This document shows, piece by piece, positions 38,744 to 48,446 of a stretch of 64,000 bases of DNA. Where the stretch lies: contig CBDAOY010000008.1 in assembly GCA_965198225.1 (NCBI GenBank), forward strand, positions 1,152,001 through 1,216,000. Direction: 5' to 3'. The position numbers and the translations under genes are program-made. Under the pieces are notes generated by a model that saw only the letters and a list, made by a program, of their open reading frames with translations, was not told where the DNA came from and made no database searches. The stretch's first letter is position 1; the number at the start of each line of letters is the position of its first letter. The DNA is from Terriglobia bacterium. Its GTDB lineage: Bacteria; Acidobacteriota; Terriglobia; 20CM-2-55-15.

Positions 38744-40261
38744 GTGTCCTTGTCCAACCGAGTGGGCGGAGCAGTCGTCAGAACGCTCCTTCTCACAGAT
38801 CTGGTTGACAGCACTCGGCTGATCGAGCGAATCGGCGATGTGCGTGCTTCGGAAGTTCTGGCCGACTCGGACCGGATCGCGCGCGATCTGCTCGTCCGGT
38901 TCAACGGAACGGAGATCGACAAGACCGACGGGTTTCTGTTCCTGTTCGAACGTCCCATCGACGCCGTTCGCTATGCCCTGGCCTATCACACGGCTCTTGG
39001 GGAGTTGGAAAGCAGGATTGGCGCATCGATCTCGTCCAGGGCCGGAATCCACCTGGGCGAGGTCGTCCTCCGCCGGAACGCGCCTCAGGATGTCGAACTG
39101 GGCGCCAAGCCGGTGGAGGTCGACGGATTGGCCAAGCACACGGCCGCACGCGTGATGTCGCTTGCCGGCGCGAAGCAAACTCTCCTGACACGCGGCGCAT
39201 TCGATCTGTCCCGCCGTGCCACCGTCGGTGAGCCGGCCCTCGACGAGGAGATACAGTGGTTGGCCCACGGCCAGTATCGCTTTAAAGGGGTCAGCGAACC
39301 GATGGAGATATTCGAGGTCGGGAGGGCCGGATTTGCCCCGCTCGCTGCGCCGCCTGATTCGGAAAAGGCCGGTCGCGCCTTGACGGCGGCCGACGCGTTG
39401 CTGCTCGGATGGCGACCCGCCGCCGGACTCGAGGTACCGCATCGCTCCAATTGGGTGCTTCGGGACAAGCTCGGTGAAGGCGGCTTCGGGGAAACCTGGC
39501 TCGCGGCCAATGGCAAGACCGGTGAGCAGCGAACGTTCAAGTTCTGTCTGGATGCCGAGCGATTGAGGGCCCTGCGACGAGAAGTGTCCGTCTTCCGGCT
39601 GATGAGAGAGCTTCTGGGGAATCGCGATGACATCGGGCGGATCCTCGATTGGCAGTTCGACGAGGCGCCCTACTTCCTCGAGTCCGAGTGGAGCGAGGAC
39701 GGGAATTTCATCGAGTGGGCCGAACGGCAGGGCGGCCTGGATCAGGTCCCTCTCTCTATCCGGTTGGAACTGATCGCCCGGCTGGCCGATGCGCTGGCGG
39801 CCGCACATTCGGTTGGCGTCCTGCACAAGGATCTCAAGCCGGCCAGCATCCTGATTGCGACAGACCGCAACGGCGTCCCAAAGGTTCGGCTCATGGACTT
39901 TGGCCTTGGCGCGATCCAGGACACACAGATCTTTCAGGACAAGGGCATAACGTTCTACAGCATGACCGACATGTTCTTACCCAAGAGCGATTCGACGACC
40001 GGGAACGCACATCTCTATATGGCGCCCGAGCTGATCGAGGGCAACGAGGCGACCGTTCAGACCGATATCTTTGCGCTCGGAGTGATGCTCTACCAGGTCG
40101 TTGTCGGCGACTTCGGCCGCGCGCTGGCGTCGGGGTGGGAACGGAACATCAGCGACGAGTTGCTCCGCGAGGAAATCAGCTCGTTAGTCGACGGATCGTC
40201 GAATCGTCGCAAGGACAACGCGCTTGAAGTTGCGGATCATCTGCGCCGCCTGCCTGAGCGT
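38744..40261 (+). pseudogene. Class III nucleotidyl-cyclase-like domain + Ser/Thr kinase, truncated by IS
   Basis: TLLLTDLVDST...DKTDG...RAGIHLGEV; LGEGGFGETW, HKDLKP, DFG, YMAPE; AGGAGG RBS; sequence after 40261 is IS DNA. Confidence 0.85.
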
Positions 40262-41365
40262 AGCGTTGTTGCATGGATCGGGGCGGAGATGGAATTCGCC
40301 CTTTCCAAAGCGGTAGCGTCAGGCGATACGTTCGAACACAGGCCGTCCGAGTGCGGTCATTGTGTTCAGGACTTTCTGGCCGACCTGGATCTCCGTGATT
40401 TGCCTGGAGAAGCTGCGAGATTTGAGCTTGGGGCCGATGACGCTCTTCCACCGGCCGATCTGCGTTTCTATCCGGCTGCGCTGGTTGTACCCTGTGGCCA
40501 CTTGCCAGGCCATGCGGCCGTTGCTGCGGATCTGGGCAATATGGCGATCCCGAACGGTTGGATCCCGCGCCGATTGCGGTCGGATCACTGCGTTCTTTGG
40601 CGGCGGTATAACCACATCCAGGGTCTCCCCATACCGTTCCCTCAGCAGATCCCGTGTGGACGCTCCATCATAGGCGCCGTCCGCCAGAAAGCCCGTGACA
40701 GGGGCATCGAGTTGATCCAGGAGCCCGGGCAAGGCGGTGCTGTCTCCAACGTCATCGTGAGTCAGATTGGCGCAAACAATCGCACCGCTATGGAGGTCCA
40801 GTCCGAGGTGGAGTTTGCGCCAGCGGCGGCGTATTCCCCTGGTTTTATGTTTCTGCGCGAGCCATTCCCCTTCGCCGAAGATCTTGAGGCCGGTACTGTC
40901 CACCACCAGATGGACAGCCACAGACCCGGCTTGCCTCATCACCTGCGCGATGCTCAAGCCGTTTGCGCGACGCGACAGTGTGGAGAAGTCCGGCACCCGT
41001 ATATCCAGCCCCATGAGCGTGCCGATGGAACCCATCAGCCCCTGCGTTTGTCGCAACCCAAGCCGATACGCCGTGCGCAGCGTCAGGCATGTCTCGATAG
41101 CCAGATCCGAGTATCTCCGCTGGCCACCCCGTGACGTGCGGCGCGGCGCGCGCCACACACTTTGAGCCTCATCACTGACCCAAATCGTCAGATCACCCCG
41201 CTGGCGCAGGCTCTCGTTATATTCCGCCCAGTTGATCACCCGGTACTGCGCCTTATCAAACTTGTGCCGTCGGGCTGCGTTGAACTTATGTGGCATCTAA
41301 GTTATCCCCGGTGTTGAAAAACACAATGATAAGACATCCTTCGGGATGATCCATGCAACAAGGTC
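40262..41365 (-). mobile_element. IS5 family (IS903-group-like) insertion sequence
   Basis: IR core TTGTTGCATGGATC at 40266-40279 and inverted at 41348-41361; exact outer ends approximate; no target duplication seen. Confidence 0.88.
40319..41296 (-). CDS. IS5 family transposase
   Basis: NWAEYNESLRQRG, PDFSTLSRR, DSTGLK..GEGEW, WRKLHL, DGAYD, YNQRSRIET. Confidence 0.96.
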   Translation of the reverse strand: MPHKFNAARRHKFDKAQYRVINWAEYNESLRQRGDLTIWVSDEAQSVWRAPRRTSRGGQRRYSDLAIETCLTLRTAYRLGLRQTQGLMGSIGTLMGLDIRVPDFSTLSRRANGLSIAQVMRQAGSVAVHLVVDSTGLKIFGEGEWLAQKHKTRGIRRRWRKLHLGLDLHSGAIVCANLTHDDVGDSTALPGLLDQLDAPVTGFLADGAYDGASTRDLLRERYGETLDVVIPPPKNAVIRPQSARDPTVRDRHIAQIRSNGRMAWQVATGYNQRSRIETQIGRWKSVIGPKLKSRSFSRQITEIQVGQKVLNTMTALGRPVFERIA

Positions 41366-42202
41366 CTCGAGAACCAGGGCGTTCCGAGAGAACGCATCCC
41401 GGAAGAACTGTTTCGTGTTTACGACGGGGAGTTGCGATTGAGACAGCCGATCTCGGGCCCTTACACGGGGCGCGGCGACCACACCCTCAACGGTCCTATT
41501 TACGTCGATGGCGCCGAACCGGGCGACATGCTGGAAGTCCGGATCCTTTCGGTCGACCTCTGGCTACCCGTAGCGGGGCAGAGCGTAAGGGCAAACCTCT
41601 ATCCCGATGGGTTCGCGACGATTCGCCAGTTTGTGCACTGGATCGACCTGGAAAGCCGGACGGTTGAATACGCGCCTGGTGTCGTGGTTCCGCTCAAGCC
41701 CTTCTGGGGCGTCATCGGAGTGGCCCCGCCACCCGCGATGGGCCGGATCGGTAGCGGTCCCCCGAATGTCTTCGGGGGCAACATGGACAACCGGGACCTG
41801 GGAGCAGGCAGCACGCTGTACCTGCCCGTGTTCAACGAGGGCGCTCTGCTCTCGATCGGAGACGGTCACGGCGCGCAGGGATACGGCGAGGTGTCGGGTT
41901 CCGCGGTGGAGACATCGCTCAAGGGCGAAATCCAGGTCATCCTACACAAGAATCAGCGCCTGCGGCTTCCGCGGGCCGAAACCCCGACGCACTACATGAC
42001 GATGGGGCTCGACCGCGACCTGGATCAGGCCGCGTTGATCGCAACGACGGAGATGATCGATTTCCTCGTCGCAACAAAGGGCCTGGATCGCGAAACGGCC
42101 ATCGCCCTGTCGAGTGTCGCGATGGATCTCGTCGTGACCCAGATCGTGGATGGAACCAAGGGCATCCACGCGATGATCCCGAAATCGATTTTCGAACCCT
42201 GA
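41366..42202 (+). pseudogene. Acetamidase/formamidase family protein, 5'-truncated by IS
   Basis: Frame open from IS edge (LENQGVPRERIPEELF...); HTLNGPIYVDGAEPGD, GGNMDN, GDGHGAQGYGEV. Confidence 0.85.
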
Positions 42203-43173
42203 TGGCGAACGAAGAACATCTTGAGATCCTGAACAGCGGTGTGGAGACCTGGAATCGGTGGAGGGATGAAAACCCGGACACCGTGCCGGACCTGAGCCAC
42301 GCCAACCTGGTCGGACGAGCGCTGATGGGCATCAACCTCCGGCGGACCGAGCTCGGCCGGGTCAATCTCCGCCTCACGAACATGTCGGGCGCGGACCTGT
42401 CCCATGCCAGTATGGTGAAAGCCGATCTTTCCCGGACGGACCTCACCCACGCGGACCTCTGTCACGCCAACCTGTCGATGGCCGACCTGTCCCGGGCCGA
42501 CCTGACCGAAGCCCGGATCGGGATGACGACCTTCGGCTCGACTGCGCTGGGTTATGTCGCAGGGCTGGAGACGGTCGATCACGTCGCACCATCCGTAATC
42601 GGCGTGGACACCATTTACTTTTCGCAGGGACAGATCCCGGACGTGTTCCTGCGGCGAGCCGGCGTCCCGGAGAACTTTATCACCTACATTCGCACAACCG
42701 TGACCAGCAGCATTCCCTACGACAGCTGCTTCATCAGCCACGGTCCGGAAGACCGCGAATTCTCCCATCGACTCTACGATGACCTCCAGGAAGAGAACGT
42801 CCGCTGCTGGATGAGTGAAGGTGGCGACGGCGCTTCCGGCGATCCGGTCGACATCTCGAATCGTGTGCAGGACAGACTCGTACTCGTTCTGTCGCGGGAG
42901 TCGATCGACACCGACTGGATTCGGGACGAAGTTGGCGCGGCGTTGCGACGGGAGCAGGAAGAACGGGAAAAGCGGAAGGCCGACTCTCTGATACTCCTGC
43001 CGGTTGCGCTCGACCCGGCCCTTGGAGACTCGGAACTTCCATGGGTCGCAAAGATGCGACGTGATGACAGGGTGGTCGACTTCAGAGGCTGGCAGATCGA
43101 CTCCGACTACAAGCGGGCGTTCCTGGAGTTGCTGGGTCACCTCCGCAGGGACACGGCGCCGCCGAACCCTTGA
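42202..43173 (+). CDS. Pentapeptide-repeat + TIR domain protein
   Basis: WNRWR..NP...PDLS, ADLS/ANLS repeats, CFISH, LVLSRESIDTDWIRDEV. Confidence 0.9.
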   Translation: MANEEHLEILNSGVETWNRWRDENPDTVPDLSHANLVGRALMGINLRRTELGRVNLRLTNMSGADLSHASMVKADLSRTDLTHADLCHANLSMADLSRADLTEARIGMTTFGSTALGYVAGLETVDHVAPSVIGVDTIYFSQGQIPDVFLRRAGVPENFITYIRTTVTSSIPYDSCFISHGPEDREFSHRLYDDLQEENVRCWMSEGGDGASGDPVDISNRVQDRLVLVLSRESIDTDWIRDEVGAALRREQEEREKRKADSLILLPVALDPALGDSELPWVAKMRRDDRVVDFRGWQIDSDYKRAFLELLGHLRRDTAPPNP

Positions 43174-43210
43174 CAGTCCAGGACACAAACCGCGGAGGAA
43201 CAGACGAAGG

Positions 43211-44666
43211 ATGGCTATGCACAGACGCGACTTTCTGGTTTCGACACCGGCCCTCGTCGCATCCCTTGGTGTGGGGTGGCAGGATCCTGTGGTCGATCTC
43301 GTGGTTCGGGGTGGTCGGGTAGTCACCCCTGAGGCGGTGGTCGGCACCGATGTCGCGATAAGCGGCGGACGGATCGTCGCACTCGGTGCCACCGAGACCA
43401 TGCCGAGGGCACGGACCACCGTCGATGCCACCGGAAAGTATGTCTTACCCGGACTCGTTGATTCCCATGTTCATTTCAACACCCCGTTCCGCGGCACCTC
43501 TACGAAGGAAGACTTCTACACAGGATCGATTGCCGGGGCTTACGGAGGCGTAACCACCTACATCGATTTCGCGGTGCAGCCCAAAGGACGCGATCTGCTT
43601 TCGGTCGTGGAGGAACGCCGTGGGGAAGCCGACCCCGACACCGTCGTCGACTACTCGCTGCACATGTTGATGACCGACGCAAGCACAGCCGCCCTGGACC
43701 AGCTGCCCGAAGTCATCCGTTCCGGCATGCCTTCGGTCAAGGTGTTCATGGCGTTCGGGCGCGAAGGATTCATGATCGACGATGGCGCGCTCGTCCAGGT
43801 AATGCGACAGGTCGAAGCCAACAACGGAATCATCGCCGTTCACACGGAAAACAATGCCATCGCCGAACGCCTCGGCGATGCCTATGAGCAAAGCGGTCGT
43901 ACCGCGGCGAGGTATTTTCCGGAAACAAGGCCGCGCTACATCGAAGCCGAAGCCATCCGACGGGCATTGCTGTTCGCTGGAATCACCGGTGTCCGTTACT
44001 ACGGCTTCCATCTGACGATCGCGGAGGGCGTCGAGGAATTTCGCCGGGCCCGTGCCGAGGGCCGTCGGGTCACGACCGAGACCTGCACCCACTACCTGGT
44101 GTTGACCAACGACTGGTGTTTACCGCGGACCTGATGGCGCCAACTTCGTTTGCAGCCCACCCATACGGACTCAAGGAGACGTCGACGCGCTGTGGGAAGG
44201 CATTCGCGACGGCGCCGTGTCGGTCGTGACGTCCGATCATACGGCGTGGGACCTGGAGCAGAAGCGAGCCGGAGGGGGCTCCTATGTCGGCATTCCCCAC
44301 GGGCTGCCGAGCATCGAACTGCGCCTGCCGGTTCTCTATACCGAAGGCGTCGTGACGGGCCGCATCTCGATGCCCCGGCTGGTCGATGTTCTGAGCACGT
44401 CGCTCGCGCGGATCTGGGGACTTTACCCCCGCAAAGGCTCGCTGGCGCCCGGTTCCGACGCCGACATCGTGATCTTCGATCCCGAAGCGCAGTGGACAGT
44501 CGACCCGGAAGATCTGCATATGCAGGTCGACTGGTCGCCATACACAGGCAAGCGCTTGCGGGGTCGGATCGACACGGTGGTCTCATCCGGCCGGGTGATC
44601 GTTGCGGACGGGCGATTCACGGGCGTCCGCGGAGCAGGCCGCTTCATCGAACGGGCCCTGTCCTGA
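43211..44666 (+). pseudogene. Dihydropyrimidinase/hydantoinase-like amidohydrolase with Tat signal, frameshift near 44114
   Basis: RRDFL; PGLVDSHVH; ETCTHYL; resumes as VCSPPIR...SDH...GSDADIVIFDP in another frame. Confidence 0.82.
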
Positions 44667-44754
44667 GTAACTTACATCGCAATCACTACCCCTCCATCAC
44701 CCAAATCCGCCTATTTCATTCAGTTTCCCTCATCTGTTACGATTCCATTGACTT

Positions 44755-46947
44755 ATGCGCTCTCTCGCCTCCGTTCTGGGAAGCCTGGTGTTCCTCGCTG
44801 CAGCTGCTTTCGGCCAGTCGAGCGATGGGCCTGTCGACTACGAAACCGCCCGCTTCAGCCGGATCGTCACGGCGGTCGCCATCGAGCAAGCAATCACGCT
44901 CGACGGGCGCCTGGATGAAGAAGCCTGGCAAAGCGCCGAGCCCGCCACGGACTTCACTCAGGGGGGGCCGAGCCCGCGCCCCGGTTATCCGGCTTCCCAG
45001 CCGACGGAGGTGCGCTTTCTCTACGATGGCGAAAACATCTACATCGGGGCGATCTGTTACGAAAAGGACGTCGCCAACATGATCGTGAACGGGCTGAAGC
45101 GTGACTTTCAGAGCAATCAGGGAGACGAGCTCGGAGTGGTCTTCGATTCTCTCAACGACGATCGTTCCGGTTTCTTCTTCTCGACGAACCCGGCCGGAGC
45201 GCGGCGGGACCTGCAGATCGCCAACGACAGCACGATCAATCAGCAGTGGGATGGCGTCTGGGATGTTCGGGTGAGCGTGGGAGAGGATCGATGGGTGGCC
45301 GAGTTCAGGGTCCCGTTCAAGACCCTCCGTTTCTCCAGCTCCGAGTCGCAGGAGTGGGGCCTGAACATGTACCGCAAGATCAAGCGGGCGAACGAGGAAA
45401 GCCATTGGGCACCACTTCCCCGACGGTATCGCATGACCCGGGTATCGCTGGCCGGAACGCTGACCGGGTTGGAAGGCGTCAGCCAGGGCCGCAACCTCAA
45501 GGTGAAGCCGTACGGTAAGGCTGGAGTCACCCAGGTTCGGTCCAGTTCGGGCCTCGACGCCGATTCGGAGTTTGACGGTGGCTTCGACGCGAAGTACGGC
45601 CTGACCCAATCCCTGACGCTGGACGTCACCTACAGGACCGATTTCTCCGAGGTTGAGGTCGACCAGGACCAGGTGAACCTGACACGCTTCAATCTTTTCT
45701 TTCCGGAAAAGCGCGAGTTCTTCCTCGAGAACTCCGGCCTCTTCGCCTTCGGAAGCCGACGTGCGTCCACATTCGGACGAGGCGGTGGAGCGAACCTGAT
45801 CCCGTTCTTCAGCCGGACGATCGGCCTCAGCCCTTCAGGCACCCCGATACCCGTGATCGGAGGGGCGCGCGTATCCGGAACCGTCGCCGGAAGCTACGAA
45901 GTGGGCTTTTTGACGATGAAAACCGAAAGCGCCGGGGATGTGCCTTCGAACAACTTCCTCGTCGGACGCGTGAAGAAGAACCTCCTGAACAACTCCTTCA
46001 TCGGCGCGATCTTCACGAATCGAGATTCGTCGGTCGCGGTTGACTACAACCGGGTTTACGGAGCGGATGCCGTCTTCCAATTCTACAACCGGCTGGACAT
46101 ATCCGGATACATCCTCCAGAGCGACACGCCGGGACGCGAGGGGCCCGCTCAGGCACGGAAGCTCGCCGTTGGATGGAGAGACAACGACCTGTCGTTCGGT
46201 GCCGACTACGAGAAGGTCGAAGACGACTTCAACCCCGAGATGGGGTTCATCCGTCGCGATGACAATTCACACTATTCAGGTGACTTCTCCTACCTGCCAC
46301 GCCTCTTCGGAAGCGATCTCATCCGGAACCTCACATTCCGGACGAACTTCGACTACTGGGAAGGCCTGACTGGGGAGATCGAGACCCGCGAGCACAGCGC
46401 GACCTTCGGAGTCTCCTTCGAGAACAGCGCCATGCTCAATTTCACGACGGGAGAAACATTCGAACGTCTCGATGAAGAGTTCCGGCGGTACTCCATCCCG
46501 GTGGGAGACTACAAGTTCCGGAATTACTCGGTTTCATACAACTCCGACAGGAGCCGCGTCATCGGCGGACGCGTCAACTACAACTGGGGCGATTTCTGGA
46601 CCGGCACGCGCCGTTCGATCGGCGGGGATATTACGCTCAAGCCGAACTACCACTGGCAGATCGACACGAGCTTCAGCCGGAACGACATCGAGGTGCCGGC
46701 CGGTACTTTCGTCACCACCCTGGTCGGATTCAAGGTCCTCTACGCCTTCTCCAGCCGTGCTTTCCTGAACACGTTCCTCCAGTACAACGCCGAGCGAAAT
46801 CAGTTCAGCTCGAACATCCGCTTCAACATAATCCACCACCCGCTCAGCGACGTCTACCTCGTCTTCAACGAGCGGCGCGACACTGTCACGGGGGAAGTCC
46901 TGGACCGCGGCGTCGCCTTCAAGTTCACGAACCTGTTCAATTTTTAG
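44755..46947 (+). CDS. CBM9-like/DUF5916 outer-membrane-associated protein
   Basis: Signal peptide; LDGRLDEEAW, WVAEFRVPFKTLRF, NLTRFNLFFPEKREFFLE; C-terminal Phe. Confidence 0.85.
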   Translation: MRSLASVLGSLVFLAAAAFGQSSDGPVDYETARFSRIVTAVAIEQAITLDGRLDEEAWQSAEPATDFTQGGPSPRPGYPASQPTEVRFLYDGENIYIGAICYEKDVANMIVNGLKRDFQSNQGDELGVVFDSLNDDRSGFFFSTNPAGARRDLQIANDSTINQQWDGVWDVRVSVGEDRWVAEFRVPFKTLRFSSSESQEWGLNMYRKIKRANEESHWAPLPRRYRMTRVSLAGTLTGLEGVSQGRNLKVKPYGKAGVTQVRSSSGLDADSEFDGGFDAKYGLTQSLTLDVTYRTDFSEVEVDQDQVNLTRFNLFFPEKREFFLENSGLFAFGSRRASTFGRGGGANLIPFFSRTIGLSPSGTPIPVIGGARVSGTVAGSYEVGFLTMKTESAGDVPSNNFLVGRVKKNLLNNSFIGAIFTNRDSSVAVDYNRVYGADAVFQFYNRLDISGYILQSDTPGREGPAQARKLAVGWRDNDLSFGADYEKVEDDFNPEMGFIRRDDNSHYSGDFSYLPRLFGSDLIRNLTFRTNFDYWEGLTGEIETREHSATFGVSFENSAMLNFTTGETFERLDEEFRRYSIPVGDYKFRNYSVSYNSDRSRVIGGRVNYNWGDFWTGTRRSIGGDITLKPNYHWQIDTSFSRNDIEVPAGTFVTTLVGFKVLYAFSSRAFLNTFLQYNAERNQFSSNIRFNIIHHPLSDVYLVFNERRDTVTGEVLDRGVAFKFTNLFNF

Positions 46948-46952
46948 TGGAT

Positions 46953-47104
46953 CGTAGGTCGTAGGCCGTAGGCCGTTGGGCCGGCACTGCCGGCCCTTGT
47001 GCACGATAATTGAATTCGCAGCCTAGTGGTCAACGGTCAGTTACCGCCAAGCGACCATCCCTGAGTCAGCCAACGGACAACGGCCTACGGATAACGGCCT
47101 ACGA
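46953..47104. repeat. Inverted pair of CGTAGGC heptamer arrays between convergent genes
   Basis: CGTAGGT CGTAGGC CGTAGGC CGTT ... AACGGACAACGGCCTACGGATAACGGCCTACGAC. Confidence 0.75.
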
Positions 47105-47105
47105 C

Positions 47106-48431
47106 TTACTGCGTCTGCTCGTGGAACTTGATTCCGATATTGGCCAGCTCATCCAGGATGGGATTGTAGATATCGGGTTCGACGGGGATCAGGACGCCGG
47201 CCCGATCCAGTTTGCCTTCGAGGACCATACGAACGGCGATAGCGGTCGGAAGGGCAACGGTCCGCGCGATCGAGGTATCGCCCCCCGGAATGCCGTAGTC
47301 GAGCAACGTCGCGGTCGTCCGTTCGGTGCGTCCGCCGGAAAACTCGGAGAGGAATTCATGATGCATGACGACCATGTCCCGATCGCCGGGCTGGAGTTCC
47401 AGGCGCTCGAGCGACAGAACATTCAGGAAACTCAACGGGTCGCTCTCGCCGGTCGGCAGGGTTCCCTCGCCTAATAGGCCCAGCCATTCCAGCCTCTTGA
47501 CCGCGGCCGAATACGGCGGAAAGCCGAGAAACGCGGCGACCGATTCCGCCAAATCGGTTCCAGGTTCCGCTCCGATCAGATGACGGGTCAACTCACCGTA
47601 CGTCTTTCCCGAAAAGCCGGAGGTGGGTTCCTCCGACAGCCAGCCCATCTTGGCGATGCCGCGCAGCGTCTCGCACCAGCCGACCATCCGGTATGTTCCC
47701 CGGTAGACCGTTTCAGCGCCCCTCAGCCCATAAACGTCCCTGTAGGGAATGGAGTCGCGGTTGGGGTAGTTCTCGAGTGTCCCGGCGCCGGGCACATCCT
47801 CCAGGACATAGTTCTCGAACAGGCTCTCGCCCGGAATCGACACTTCGTGTCCGCCCTCAAACCAGCGGGCCGGATGACGCGATGCGAGCAGGACGCCCTT
47901 CGGCGACCACGAAAACTTGTAGCCGAAAGGATTGTTGTTGGAATCGTGGGCGGGCAACGCTCCGGTCGTCGAGCGAAACGAACGGATTCTGCCTCCGCGT
48001 GCCTCCACGTCATGAATGACGCGCATGGCCGACATGTGGTCCAGGCCGGGATCCAGCCCGGACTCATTCAGTATCAGCAGACCCTTGCGGGTGGCCTCCC
48101 CATCGAGCGCGCGCATTTCATCCGACACGTAGGAGGTGGTCACCATGTTCTTGTCGAACTTCAGACAGGCTCGCGCGACATCAGGATGGAACGCGTACGG
48201 TAAGAGACTGACGGCCAGATCGGTTTCTCGGACCAGTTCCTCGAAGCGTTCCCCGATGCCGTCGCCACTCATGTCCAGTTCCAGCGCGGTACCATTCGGA
48301 TGGCCTTCGATCATGGTCTCCGCTTTCCCGACGGTGCGACTCGCCTGGGTGACGGCGACGCCGGCATCCAGAAGGTACCGGACGAGGGGGCGGGCAATCA
48401 GTCCCGCACCGAGTATGAGAACTTTCTTCAT
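47106..48431 (-). CDS. Saccharopine dehydrogenase (glutamate-forming, Lys9/SDH-like)
   Basis: LGAGL Rossmann, VSLLPY, E.GLDPGLDHM, YKFSWSPKG, YPNRDS. Confidence 0.93.
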   Translation of the reverse strand: MKKVLILGAGLIARPLVRYLLDAGVAVTQASRTVGKAETMIEGHPNGTALELDMSGDGIGERFEELVRETDLAVSLLPYAFHPDVARACLKFDKNMVTTSYVSDEMRALDGEATRKGLLILNESGLDPGLDHMSAMRVIHDVEARGGRIRSFRSTTGALPAHDSNNNPFGYKFSWSPKGVLLASRHPARWFEGGHEVSIPGESLFENYVLEDVPGAGTLENYPNRDSIPYRDVYGLRGAETVYRGTYRMVGWCETLRGIAKMGWLSEEPTSGFSGKTYGELTRHLIGAEPGTDLAESVAAFLGFPPYSAAVKRLEWLGLLGEGTLPTGESDPLSFLNVLSLERLELQPGDRDMVVMHHEFLSEFSGGRTERTTATLLDYGIPGGDTSIARTVALPTAIAVRMVLEGKLDRAGVLIPVEPDIYNPILDELANIGIKFHEQTQ

Positions 48432-48446
48432 CGCAGGTTCTCCGGC

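Noticed and set aside
38744-41134. 796-aa cyclase-kinase with a novel C-terminal domain
   Set aside because: Residues encoded after 40261 are antisense read-through of the IS transposase
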